From Candidatus Azoamicus viridis (GTDB taxonomy: Bacteria; Pseudomonadota; Gammaproteobacteria; UBA6186; Azoamicaceae): a DNA stretch of 64,000 bases. The notes under the pieces are model-generated. The model had not been told where the DNA came from. It saw nothing but the letters and a program-made list of their open reading frames with translations, and searched no databases. Of the stretch, positions 18,511 through 28,348 are shown in pieces. Position numbers and translations under genes: made by a program. Numbering within the stretch: the stretch's first letter is position 1; every line of letters starts with the position of its first letter. Location of the stretch: the NCBI GenBank assembly GCA_043390165.1, contig DAWERM010000001.1:50777-114776 (forward strand), given 5' to 3'.

Positions 18511-20574
18511 ATGTTTTTATGTATTAGTTTAATATTGTTTAGTGTATTGACTGCTGTTCTATTTGGATTATATTTTATATATACAATTATGATTTATCCT
18601 GCAGGAACAGCTAAGATGAATGAAATTGCATCTATTATACAGCTTTGTGCTAAAGCATATTTAAAGAGGCAATATAAAATTATATTTTTAGTAGGCATTT
18701 TTGTATCTATTATTATATTTTTATTTTTAGGAATATGGTATGTGTTTGGATTTTTAATAGGTGCTATTTTTTCTGCTTTGATCGGGTATATAGGCATGTT
18801 AGTTTCTGTATATGCAAATGTTAGGACTGCAAATGCAGCGCGATTAAGTGGGTTACATATGGCGTTGAATATTTCGTTTAGATCTGGCAGTGTAACAGGG
18901 TTATTTGTGGTTGGATTGGGATTATTTAGTGTTTCTGCATTTTATTTTTTTTTAATTTATTTAAATATTGATGAAAAAGTAATTATGAGTTCATTAATTG
19001 CGCTAGGATTAGGAGCTTCTTTTATATCTATTTTTGCTAGACTAGGTGGTGGTATTTTTACAAAAAGTGCTGATATTGGTGCAGATTTAGTAGGTAAAAT
19101 AGAAATAGGAATTCCTGAAGATGATTCTAGGAATCCAGCTGTAATAGCTGATAATGTCGGAGATAATGTTGGTGATTGTGCAGGTATGGCTGCTGATTTA
19201 TTTGAGACATATTGTGTAACAATTATAGCAACAATGGTATTAATAAATTCTTTGACTGGTGCATCATATGATAATATGATAATGATGTATCCTTTAGTTA
19301 TAGGATCTGTATGTATTTTTTCAACTGTAATTGGGATGTTTTTTGTTACATTGAGTTCAAGAGGCATAATGTTTTCTTTGTATAAAGGATTGTTTGCTAC
19401 TGCTATAGTTTCTAGTGTACTTATATTTTTTGTAACTAAGTTTACTTTAGGCTTTAGTAGTTTGCATTTTGGTTTAAGTGGATGTAAATTATATTATTGT
19501 GCGTTGATAGGAATATTTGTAACTATTGCTTTTGTTTTAATAACTGAGTACTATACATCTACGGCATTTAGTCCTGTGAGAAGTATAGCTAAAGTATCTT
19601 TATATGGTGACGCTAATAATGTAATTCAGGGGTTAGCTGTATCTATGGAAGCCACAGCGCTTCCTGTTGTTATTATGTGTGTTTCTATCTTAGTTTCATA
19701 TTCTTTAGCAGGTATTGTAGGTATAGCTATATCTGCTACTAGTATGTTATCTTTGTCTGGAGTTATAGTAGCTTTAGATGCTTATGGTCCAGTTACTGAT
19801 AATGCTGGAGGGATATCTGAGATGGCAAAATTAGATAGCAGTGTAAGAAATATAACTGATACTTTAGATTCAGTTGGTAATACAACCAAAGCTATAACAA
19901 AGGGCTATGCAATAGGTTCTGCTGGTTTAGCATCAGTTGTGCTTTTTATAACTTATACGGAAGATTTAAATTATTATTTTCCTAAGTTAAATTTAGTATT
20001 TTCTTTAAAAGATCCTTTTGTTGTTGTTGGATTATTTTTTGGTGGAATTATTCCATATTTATTTTCTTCTTATAGTATGAAAGCTGTATGTAGAGTAGCT
20101 AGTAAAGTTGTTTTTGAAGTTCGTAAGCAATTTAAGGAAGTTAAGGGCATTATTGAAGGTACAGTTAGACCTAATTATGAAAGTATTATAGATTTATTAA
20201 CAATAGAAGCTATAAAGGAGATGATTGTTCCATCTTTGTTACCTGTGTTATTTCCAATTTTTCTTTATGTTAGTATTGGTCTATTTTTTGGTCAAAGTAA
20301 TGCGTTTACTGCTCTTGGAGCAATGTTGTTAGGTACAATAACTACGGGAATATTTGTTGCAATATCTATGACTTCAGGTGGAGGGGCATGGGATAATGCT
20401 AAAAAATATATAGAGGATGGTAACTTTGGCGGAAGAGGATCTTTATCTCATAGAGCTGCTATTACAGGAGATATGGTTGGTGACCCATATAAAGATACAG
20501 CTGGTCCAGCTATAAATCCTTTAATAAAGATAGTTAATATAGTTTCTTTGCTTTTAGTTATATCTGTGGCATAG
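18511..20574 (+). CDS. hppA: Membrane-bound K+-independent H+-translocating pyrophosphatase
   Basis: GGGIFTKSADIGADLVGK.E..IPEDD.RNP, DNVGDNVGD, EYYT, YGPVTDNAGG, GNTTKA, GGAWDNAKK, VGDPYKDT. Confidence 0.96.
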   Translation: MFLCISLILFSVLTAVLFGLYFIYTIMIYPAGTAKMNEIASIIQLCAKAYLKRQYKIIFLVGIFVSIIIFLFLGIWYVFGFLIGAIFSALIGYIGMLVSVYANVRTANAARLSGLHMALNISFRSGSVTGLFVVGLGLFSVSAFYFFLIYLNIDEKVIMSSLIALGLGASFISIFARLGGGIFTKSADIGADLVGKIEIGIPEDDSRNPAVIADNVGDNVGDCAGMAADLFETYCVTIIATMVLINSLTGASYDNMIMMYPLVIGSVCIFSTVIGMFFVTLSSRGIMFSLYKGLFATAIVSSVLIFFVTKFTLGFSSLHFGLSGCKLYYCALIGIFVTIAFVLITEYYTSTAFSPVRSIAKVSLYGDANNVIQGLAVSMEATALPVVIMCVSILVSYSLAGIVGIAISATSMLSLSGVIVALDAYGPVTDNAGGISEMAKLDSSVRNITDTLDSVGNTTKAITKGYAIGSAGLASVVLFITYTEDLNYYFPKLNLVFSLKDPFVVVGLFFGGIIPYLFSSYSMKAVCRVASKVVFEVRKQFKEVKGIIEGTVRPNYESIIDLLTIEAIKEMIVPSLLPVLFPIFLYVSIGLFFGQSNAFTALGAMLLGTITTGIFVAISMTSGGGAWDNAKKYIEDGNFGGRGSLSHRAAITGDMVGDPYKDTAGPAINPLIKIVNIVSLLLVISVA

Positions 20575-20584
20575 TTATATTTTT

Positions 20585-21517
20585 ATGTTTGATAATAAAG
20601 TTATTTTATTTTTAATGGGGCCTACTTGTGTTGGTAAGTCATTTTTATCAATAGAGTTATTTCGTAGATGTTCAATTAATATTATAAATATGGATTCTAG
20701 TATGATTTATCGTTATATGAATATAGGTACTAGTAAACCAACTAATGATGAGTTAGCTTTATTTAAGCATTATTTAATTGATATAAAGGATCCAGTAGAA
20801 TTTTATTCTGTTGGTGATTTTTGTAGAGATGCTGTTTCCATTATTAATATTTGTTTATTGGAAAAAAAAATACCATGTTTTGTTGGAGGAACGATGATGT
20901 ATTCATGGTATCTTCAGCATGGTTTGTTTTCTATTCCAAAAGTAGATCCAGATATTAGGAATATTATGTCACATTTTTGTGATTTATATGGTTTGAGTTT
21001 TCTTTATGATAAGTTAAGGTTTGTAAATCCAGTTTTAGCAAAAAATATTGGATATAATGATAAACAAAGAGTTATAAGAGCGTTAGAGATGTCTTATTCT
21101 GTTTTGAATAATAAACATGATAATGATTATTTAAAATTAAATTACTTTGCTAATAATTGGAAGATTATAAATATTGGAATAGTGCCATTTAGTAAATTTG
21201 ACTTGTGTGATAGGATAGAAAAACGTTTTGATTTAATGCTAAAATTAGGGTTTATTGATGAGGTTAGAAATTTATATAATAGAGGTGATTTAAATTCTAA
21301 GATGTCATCTGTTAGGTCTATTGGATATAAGCAAATTTGGAATTATTTAGAGAATAAAATTTCATTTTCTGATTTGAGGAATCAGTCTATAAAAGATACT
21401 ATATGTTTAGTTAAAAGGCAATTAACATGGTTAAAAAAATGGAAGAATAAAATATATTATATTTTTGATAATGATTCTAATATTATAAATACAATAATGA
21501 AATTGTTAACTAGATAA
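20585..21517 (+). CDS. miaA: tRNA dimethylallyltransferase
   Basis: MGPTCVGKS, DS.MIYR.MNIGTSKP, VGGTMMY, SIGYKQ, KRQLTW. Confidence 0.94.
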   Translation: MFDNKVILFLMGPTCVGKSFLSIELFRRCSINIINMDSSMIYRYMNIGTSKPTNDELALFKHYLIDIKDPVEFYSVGDFCRDAVSIINICLLEKKIPCFVGGTMMYSWYLQHGLFSIPKVDPDIRNIMSHFCDLYGLSFLYDKLRFVNPVLAKNIGYNDKQRVIRALEMSYSVLNNKHDNDYLKLNYFANNWKIINIGIVPFSKFDLCDRIEKRFDLMLKLGFIDEVRNLYNRGDLNSKMSSVRSIGYKQIWNYLENKISFSDLRNQSIKDTICLVKRQLTWLKKWKNKIYYIFDNDSNIINTIMKLLTR

Positions 21518-21670
21518 TTATTATAATTAATTATTAATTTGTAATTTATATAAGTCTTGTGTGAGAAAATTTAAAATTTTATTTCTTGGGTTTCAATTTT
21601 ATTGGTTATTTTTTTATTTAAGTTTTTTTTGTAACTATCTTTGATTTTGTGTGTATGTTATAGTATGTAT

Positions 21671-21770
21671 AAATTATTGTTTGGTGATGTTTAGCATTGT
21701 TTAACATTGTTTAACATTGTTTAATATTGTTAAGTATTATTTGTAGTTGTTTGATATTGTTTTATTTTAT
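21671..21770. repeat. Degenerate 10-bp tandem repeat (core TTAACATTGT), about 9-10 units
   Basis: Consecutive decamers aaattattgt ttggtgatgt ttagcattgt ttaacattgt ttaacattgt ttaatattgt taagtattat ttgtagttgt ttgatattgt tttattttat. Confidence 0.75.
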
Positions 21771-21812
21771 ATTATTTAATAATGTTTTTATGTTTTTTAT
21801 AAAGGTTATATA

Positions 21813-22745
21813 ATGTTTAGTTTTTTAAATAATCGGTTTAATGTAAAATTATCTAATTTGTATTCATTGATTGGTGGTTTTTTTTTAATTTTAGTTTTTA
21901 TATATTTTCTTTTAGGTTTTTATATAGTTAAGCCTGCGGAACAAGCTGTTGTGACTAGATTCGGGAAGTATAGTAGTGTTGTCGATCAAGGTCCTAGACA
22001 TATTTGGCTTTTTATAGAAGATAAAAAAATAATAAATACTGAAAAGTTAGAAAGAAGTAGTCATTATGGGTCTTCTATGTTAACTAAAGATGAAAATATA
22101 ATTACGGTTGAGGTTGAAGTACAGTATAGAATAAATGATGTAGAAAAGTATTTATTTAATTTAGTTGAACCTGATAAAAGTTTGAAGGAAGCTGCAGATA
22201 GTGCATTACGACAAGTTGTAGGTTATTCAGAGTTAGATTTTTTGATGACTTTAGGTAAAGAACAAATTGCATCAGAAATTCATGAGCAATTACAACATAT
22301 ATTGGATTCTTATAATTCTGGTATATATATAGCAGTTGTAGCATTGAAAGATGTTAGGATTCCTAATGATGTTAAGGGTTCTTTTGATGATGTTATTAAA
22401 GCTCAAGAAGAAAAAGAGCAATTAAAGCATCAGGCTGAAGCTTTTGCTAATAAGGTAATACCTGAAGCTAGAGGTGATGCATCTAGGATGTTAGAAGCAG
22501 CTAATGCATATAAGCAAGAAGTTATATTCTCAGCTGAAGGAGATGTTATTAAATTTAATTTAATATTACCTGAATATCAGCATGCACCTGAAGTTACACG
22601 CACAAGATTGTATTTAGATGCGTTAGAGTTTATTTTGTCTAAGACTACCAAAATATTAATAGATTTAAATAAAAGTAATAGTCTAATTTATCTTCCTATA
22701 GATAAATTTATTAGTAATAGTGATAGCTTACGTAAAAGCAAATAA
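21813..22745 (+). CDS. hflK: FtsH modulator HflK (N- and C-terminally shortened)
   Basis: SPFH domain: VVTRFGKY, MLTKDENI, SALRQVVG, FDDVIKA, IPEARG, APEVTRTRLY, YLPIDK. Confidence 0.93.
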   Translation: MFSFLNNRFNVKLSNLYSLIGGFFLILVFIYFLLGFYIVKPAEQAVVTRFGKYSSVVDQGPRHIWLFIEDKKIINTEKLERSSHYGSSMLTKDENIITVEVEVQYRINDVEKYLFNLVEPDKSLKEAADSALRQVVGYSELDFLMTLGKEQIASEIHEQLQHILDSYNSGIYIAVVALKDVRIPNDVKGSFDDVIKAQEEKEQLKHQAEAFANKVIPEARGDASRMLEAANAYKQEVIFSAEGDVIKFNLILPEYQHAPEVTRTRLYLDALEFILSKTTKILIDLNKSNSLIYLPIDKFISNSDSLRKSK

Positions 22746-22780
22746 TGTAGGATATTATTGCTTGATTTTATTTTATTTTT

Positions 22781-23671
22781 TTGGATTTTGTTATGCGTAA
22801 ATTTTATATTTTTTTTGTAGGATTTTTAATATTCTTACTTAGTCCATTTTGTTTTTTTACTGTTTATGAAAGTGATAAGGCATTGATAGAATTTTTAGGT
22901 AAATTGAAAGTTTATGATGATGTTAATGTGCCTAGAGTTTACGAACCTGGATTACATTTTAAATTTCCTTTTTTAGAAAAGGTAAGAAAATTTGATATGC
23001 GTTTAAAGGTTTTGGAAGCGCAATGCTCAAGAATAACAACAAAGGAAAAGAAGGATGTTTTAGTTGATTTTTATGTTTTATGGCAAATAAATGATTTGCC
23101 TTTGTATTATAAGAGAACAGGTGGTTTTAGAACTAAGGCTGAACAATTATTAAATCAGAAGATAATTGCAGATTTGAAAGCGGAATTTGGTAGACATACC
23201 ATTCAAGAAGTAGTTTATGGAGAGAGATTGGAATTAATGTTTAAATTGCGTGAAGAAATAGAAAGTAATACTAAAGGTATGGGTATTTCTGTAATTGATG
23301 TTCGTATAAAGAGGATTGATTTACCTGATGAAGTAAGAGATTCGGTATATAACAGAATGAGAGCTGAACGTGAACGTGTAGCAAGTGAGATCAGAGCTAA
23401 TGGTAGAGCTGAAGCAATTAAAATTCATGCTTTTGCTGAAAAAGAAAGAAGAATTATTTTAGCTCATGCGAAAAAAGAAGTTGAGAAAATAAAAGGAGAA
23501 GGCGATGCTAAAGCTACTCGAATATATTCTGATTCATATAATTCTAGTCCTGAATTTTACGAATTTTATAGAAGTTTAGATGCTTATAAAAATTCCTTTT
23601 CTAAAAAGGATGATTTGATTATTTTAATTCCAGATGGGGATTTTTTTAAATATTTTAAAAATAAAAAATAA
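22781..23671 (+). CDS. hflC: FtsH modulator HflC
   Basis: YEPGLHFKFPF, DVRIKRIDLP.EV..SVY.RMRAER, EFYEFYRSL.AY, FFKY; follows hflK. Confidence 0.95.
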   Translation: MDFVMRKFYIFFVGFLIFLLSPFCFFTVYESDKALIEFLGKLKVYDDVNVPRVYEPGLHFKFPFLEKVRKFDMRLKVLEAQCSRITTKEKKDVLVDFYVLWQINDLPLYYKRTGGFRTKAEQLLNQKIIADLKAEFGRHTIQEVVYGERLELMFKLREEIESNTKGMGISVIDVRIKRIDLPDEVRDSVYNRMRAERERVASEIRANGRAEAIKIHAFAEKERRIILAHAKKEVEKIKGEGDAKATRIYSDSYNSSPEFYEFYRSLDAYKNSFSKKDDLIILIPDGDFFKYFKNKK

Positions 23672-23773
23672 CTTATAAATTAAATGGTTATGTTGATATG
23701 TAATTGTGTTTATAAGTTTTTAAAAATTTTATTATAATTAGTTTAATAAATTTGTAAAATTATTATTTTGTTT

Positions 23774-24340
23774 ATGTGTTCTTATAAAGTAAAAGATTAT
23801 AAAGTTGGTTTGAGAATATTGATAGATAAAGATCCGTATGTTATATTGGAAAATGAATTTTTTAAGCCTGGTAAAGGTCAAGCTTTCAATAGACTTAAGT
23901 TGAAAAATTTAAAAAACGGAGTGATTTTGAAAAAGACAATTAAAATAGGAGAAGATATTGAATTAGCGGATGTTATAGAAAAAGAGGTTAAGTTTTTGTA
24001 TTTTGATAATAATGGATATTGTTTTATTGACCCTATATATTATAATTATTACGAGGTTGAAAATAGTATTATAGGCACTGATAGAAATTGGGTTGTAGAA
24101 GGTTTATTATGTACTATCTTGTTATGGGAAAATGAGGTATTATCAATTAAGTTACCTAAAGTTGTCGTATTAAGAGTTGTTTCTACAGAAGATGTTTCTA
24201 GGCAGTCTGTTTCTGCTAAAAATTTTAAAAGTTCTATTTTAGAAACTGGAGTGAGTATTAAATTACCATTATTTATTAAAGTTAATGATCTAGTTAGAGT
24301 AGATACTGAAAAGGGAGAATATATATCTAGAGTTTTTTGA
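23774..24340 (+). CDS. efp: Elongation factor P
   Basis: KPGKGQAF, LETG..I.LPLFI...D...VDT..GEY.SR. ATG at 23774. Confidence 0.93.
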   Translation: MCSYKVKDYKVGLRILIDKDPYVILENEFFKPGKGQAFNRLKLKNLKNGVILKKTIKIGEDIELADVIEKEVKFLYFDNNGYCFIDPIYYNYYEVENSIIGTDRNWVVEGLLCTILLWENEVLSIKLPKVVVLRVVSTEDVSRQSVSAKNFKSSILETGVSIKLPLFIKVNDLVRVDTEKGEYISRVF

Positions 24341-24349
24341 TTATTTAAT

Positions 24350-24811
24350 ATGAATTATTATAATTATTCTTTTGTTTTAAAAGATGAAAAATCTGTTTTT
24401 AATTTTGGTAGACTTTTGTCTAGGTTTATTTTTCCTAATTTTACAATATATTTAATTGGAGATTTAGGTGTAGGAAAAACAACGTTAGCTAGAGGGATTA
24501 TTTTAGGAATATTTGGAGGCAATTATAAGATAAAAAGTCCTACGTATTCTGTTGTTGAAGTTTATAGTAATTTTGATTTTTTTGTTTATCACTTTGATTT
24601 TTATAGAATTTTAGGTGTTTTGGAATTTGATAATGTAAACATTAGAGATTATATGTTAGATGGGGGTGTGTTTATTATTGAGTGGGCTGATAAATTTTGT
24701 GATTTTTTGCCTAAGCCAAATTTAGTTATTAAAATATCTAGGTGTAATGCTTTTCATAGAGAGTTATATTTACAATCTGACAGTTTTTTTTTGGAAAAAT
24801 TATTAAGTTAA
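24350..24811 (+). CDS. tsaE: t6A biosynthesis ATPase TsaE
   Basis: GDLGVGKTT, KSPTYSVVE.Y, HFDFYR, IEWAD. Confidence 0.94.
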   Translation: MNYYNYSFVLKDEKSVFNFGRLLSRFIFPNFTIYLIGDLGVGKTTLARGIILGIFGGNYKIKSPTYSVVEVYSNFDFFVYHFDFYRILGVLEFDNVNIRDYMLDGGVFIIEWADKFCDFLPKPNLVIKISRCNAFHRELYLQSDSFFLEKLLS

Positions 24812-24823
24812 AGAGATTTTGTT

Positions 24824-25588
24824 ATGAGCATAGTAAATATAAAAAATATTATCGGAGTAGTTTCTTCTAAGGGAGGTGTTGGAAAAACTACGATGGCTGT
24901 TAATATTGCTATGGTATTATCTAATTTTTATGGGATGAAAGTTGGTTTATTGGATGCTGATATTTGTGGTCCTAATCATCCGAAAATATTTGGATTTAAA
25001 AGTGTTGATAAAGATGTAGATAGCAATTTATTGAGATTCGATAAAGATTTGAATCCTAAAATTTATAAGAATATTTTATCTATGTCTTTTGGTTATTATT
25101 TGCAAGATAGCAGTCCTGTTTTGTTTAGAGGGCCTGTTATTAGTAATATTTTTTTGCATTTATTAAATAATACTAATTGGGGTAATATTGATTTTTTAAT
25201 TATTGATTTTCCACCTGGAACTGGAGATGTTTATATTAGCATGATAAAAAGTTTAAAATTGAATGGTGTTTTTTTAGTAACCATTCCACAAGTTTTGTCA
25301 ATTCAAGACAATAGTAGAATGGCTAGTATGTTAAAAAAATTTAATATTTCGATAATTAGCATTATAGAAAATATGAAATTTTATAAATGTTTCAAGTGTG
25401 GAAGTTTGGAAAAATTTTATAGTGATGAAAATTTAATAATGGATTTTATGCTTAAATTTAATATAGTAAATCATTACGAATTTCCATATAGCGTTGATGT
25501 TGCTCAATTTTGCAATTCTATGATAAGTAGTGATATTATTAGTATCTATAGAAGTCTCGTGGAAGAAACATTATTATGTTGTATATAG
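24824..25588 (+). CDS. apbC: Mrp/ApbC (NBP35-like) Fe-S cluster carrier ATPase
   Basis: SSKGGVGKTT, DADICGP, FRGP, DFPPGTGD, ENM...CFKC. Confidence 0.88.
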   Translation: MSIVNIKNIIGVVSSKGGVGKTTMAVNIAMVLSNFYGMKVGLLDADICGPNHPKIFGFKSVDKDVDSNLLRFDKDLNPKIYKNILSMSFGYYLQDSSPVLFRGPVISNIFLHLLNNTNWGNIDFLIIDFPPGTGDVYISMIKSLKLNGVFLVTIPQVLSIQDNSRMASMLKKFNISIISIIENMKFYKCFKCGSLEKFYSDENLIMDFMLKFNIVNHYEFPYSVDVAQFCNSMISSDIISIYRSLVEETLLCCI

Positions 25589-25599
25589 AATGTTTTAAA

Positions 25600-26280
25600 T
25601 TATTTTATTAATATTGATAAAAATGTATTTTTATCTTTTATATTTAATATGTAATTAAGTGAATAAGAGTTTATTATTTTATATTTATCTATAGATAATC
25701 TATGAATCATTGATACACAAAGTGGGACTGATGTTTTTTTGCTTAAATTGTTTAATATCTCCCTAATATATATTCCTTTACTACATGTTATATCTAATAT
25801 AATATTTATGTTTGTTAATTTTAATAATTTTATTTTATATATGTTGGCAGGTCTTTTTGTTTTAATTATGTTTATTCCTTTTCTTGCATATTTGTATAAT
25901 TGAAGCCCTTTGTGTTTTATTGCTGAGTAAGATGATGGATATTGAAATTGTTCTGCTTTTATTAAGTTTAGTTTGTTTTTAATTATATTTTTTATTTTGG
26001 TTTTTAAATCTTTTATAATGATTTTAATTTTTCCATCTATATCATTTGTTTCAGATTTTATTCCTATTATTCCTTCAACAAGATAGCGTTTATTTTTGGT
26101 TATTAATTCTTGTGAAATTTTTGTAGCTTTTCCTATACATGCTAGTAATATGCCTGAAGCCAATGGATCTAATGTTCCACAGTGCCCAATTTTTTTTATT
26201 TTAAAATGAGCTTTTATTTTTTGTATTGTTTGATTTGAAGTTATATTCTTAGGTTTGTTAATTATTATTATGCCATTCAT
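25600..26280 (-). CDS. truB: tRNA pseudouridine(55) synthase (short form)
   Basis: INKP, GHCGTLDPLASG, YSAIK..G..LY.YAR, CSKGIYIR. Confidence 0.93.
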   Translation of the reverse strand: MNGIIIINKPKNITSNQTIQKIKAHFKIKKIGHCGTLDPLASGILLACIGKATKISQELITKNKRYLVEGIIGIKSETNDIDGKIKIIIKDLKTKIKNIIKNKLNLIKAEQFQYPSSYSAIKHKGLQLYKYARKGINIIKTKRPANIYKIKLLKLTNINIILDITCSKGIYIREILNNLSKKTSVPLCVSMIHRLSIDKYKIINSYSLNYILNIKDKNTFLSILIK

Positions 26281-26621
26281 ATTAAAGTATTTGCTTTATC
26301 TATTAAATTTTCTAGTTCTATTGTTGTGATGGTTTTTGAATCATGTATAAATATTAGTTTAGGAATTTTATATAAATACATCTTGTTTGATAAATATGCT
26401 CGTAATTTGGCAGATGAATTGTTTAAATTTCTAGTAATTGTAATTGCATCTTTAAGTGTAGATATGAATATTTTAGATGTTAATAAGTTTATATCTGTTA
26501 TTACTTCTGTAATTGTTATTATGTTAGTTTTTGATTTATATATTTTTTCGTTTAGTATTTCTGATAATTTTTTTTGTATAATTCTATTTATCTTTTTAAT
26601 GCGTATTGATGTAGTTTTCAT
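26277..26621 (-). CDS. rbfA: Ribosome-binding factor A
   Basis: R..KI...IQ..LS, ITITEV..D, LYKIPKL.F.HD; directly upstream of truB. Confidence 0.85.
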   Translation of the reverse strand: MKTTSIRIKKINRIIQKKLSEILNEKIYKSKTNIITITEVITDINLLTSKIFISTLKDAITITRNLNNSSAKLRAYLSNKMYLYKIPKLIFIHDSKTITTIELENLIDKANTLI

Positions 26622-26625
26622 GTAG

Positions 26626-27936
26626 TTATTTAAATAAATTAGTGTGAATGTTATTGGTTTTAAATGATTCTAATAAAATTATGTTTTTAAGTTTTTGTAT
26701 ATTTGTTTCAATGTCGAATATTGTTATTTCATCTAGAGCTGAAATCATTTTATTTATAGCGTCTATTCTTGTATTTCCATATGTAATTAATTTTCCTAAT
26801 AATGGATCATAATGGATAGGAATTTCATATCCATTGTATATATGTGAATCAAATCTAATACCGTTACCACTTGGTATATGCAGAAATGTTATTTTGTTTC
26901 TTATTTTTTTTGGATTTACTATATTAATTCTACATTCTATGGCATGTCCTAATATTTTTACATCTTTTTGTTTAATATTTAATTTTTCTTTAGCTGATAT
27001 TTTTATTTGGTTTTCAACTATATCTATTCCTGTGACCATTTCAGTTATAGTATGTTCTACTTGCAATCGTGTATTCATTTCTATAAAAAAGAATTTATTG
27101 TTTTCGTATAAGAATTCAAATGTACCTGCATTATAGTAGTTTATTTCATTGCAAACTGTTATGCATTTTTTTTTTATTTCATTTAGTAATTCTTCGTTAA
27201 TATTTGCTACTGGAGTTTCTTCTATAATTTTTTGATGATTTTGTTGAATGGTGCATTCTCTTTCTCCTAAAAATATTATGTTATTTGCTTGATCTTTAAG
27301 TATTTGTATTTCTATATGTCTAGGGGTATTTAAATATTTTTCCATATATATTGAGCTATTTTTGAACGATATATTTGCTTCTTTTTTAACTATTTCTAAT
27401 TCTTTTTTGAGATTTTTATCGTTTTCTACAATTCGTATTCCCTTTCCACCACCACCATGAGTTATTTTTAGTATTATAGGATAGCCAATTTTATTGGCCA
27501 ATGTAATATTATCTTTTTTGTTTTTGCCACATTTATAGGAAGATAGACATTCTATATCATGTTTTTTCATTAATTCTATTGCTGTTGGTTTATTACTCAT
27601 TAATTTTATAGAATTTGCGGATGGCCCAATAAATACTATTTTGCTTTTTGTAGTTTGTTCTGCGAATGCAGCATTTTCTGATAAGAAACCATAACCAGGA
27701 TGTATTGCGTCACAGCCACTTATTTCTGCCGCGCTAATTATATTATTTGTGTTAAGATAACTGTCTTTAGGATTTTCGTTTCCTATGCATATTGATTCAT
27801 TTGCTTGATATATATGTATTAAATTTTTATCAATTGTAGAATAAATAGCAGTAGTTTTTATATCTAATTTTTTACAACATCTAAGAATTCTAAGTGCTAT
27901 TTCCCCTCTATTTGCAATTAATATTTTGTTATGCAT
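26626..27936 (-). CDS. accC: Biotin carboxylase
   Basis: KILIANRGEIA, HPGYGFLSEN, GGGGKG, RHIEIQ, EMNTRLQVEH. Confidence 0.96.
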   Translation of the reverse strand: MHNKILIANRGEIALRILRCCKKLDIKTTAIYSTIDKNLIHIYQANESICIGNENPKDSYLNTNNIISAAEISGCDAIHPGYGFLSENAAFAEQTTKSKIVFIGPSANSIKLMSNKPTAIELMKKHDIECLSSYKCGKNKKDNITLANKIGYPIILKITHGGGGKGIRIVENDKNLKKELEIVKKEANISFKNSSIYMEKYLNTPRHIEIQILKDQANNIIFLGERECTIQQNHQKIIEETPVANINEELLNEIKKKCITVCNEINYYNAGTFEFLYENNKFFFIEMNTRLQVEHTITEMVTGIDIVENQIKISAKEKLNIKQKDVKILGHAIECRINIVNPKKIRNKITFLHIPSGNGIRFDSHIYNGYEIPIHYDPLLGKLITYGNTRIDAINKMISALDEITIFDIETNIQKLKNIILLESFKTNNIHTNLFK

Positions 27937-28348
27937 GTTTTACTATAAACAAGTCTTGATTATATTCTACTGGACTGCCATCTAATACTAGTATTTTTTT
28001 TATTATGCAATTATATTCGGATTTTATTTGATTAAGTACTTTCATAGCTTCTATTATGCATATTGTATCACCGATATTTATATTTTTACCTTCATGTACA
28101 AATTGTGTTTTGTCTGGAGATGGTGATGTATAAAATATTCCAACAATCGGAGATTTTATTGTTAATAATTTTTCTATGTTATTTATTGATTTTTCATGCG
28201 TTTTGATGTTTTGTATGGTTTTGTTTTTTGTGTTTGAATGGTCTCTTGATTTTATTTTTATTGTATAGTTGGTATTTTTTATTTTTATTTCGTCAATATT
28301 GTATTCATTAATCAATATTATTAGTTTCTCTATTTGTTCTATTTTCAT
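27929..28348 (-). CDS. accB: Biotin carboxyl carrier protein
   Basis: SPIVGIFY.SPSP, EAMK biotinylation site, PVEY.Q.LF. Confidence 0.95.
   Translation of the reverse strand: MKIEQIEKLIILINEYNIDEIKIKNTNYTIKIKSRDHSNTKNKTIQNIKTHEKSINNIEKLLTIKSPIVGIFYTSPSPDKTQFVHEGKNINIGDTICIIEAMKVLNQIKSEYNCIIKKILVLDGSPVEYNQDLFIVKHA

Noticed and set aside
21671-21770. CRISPR array
   Set aside because: Repeats are 10 bp and contiguous, with no spacers and no cas genes.
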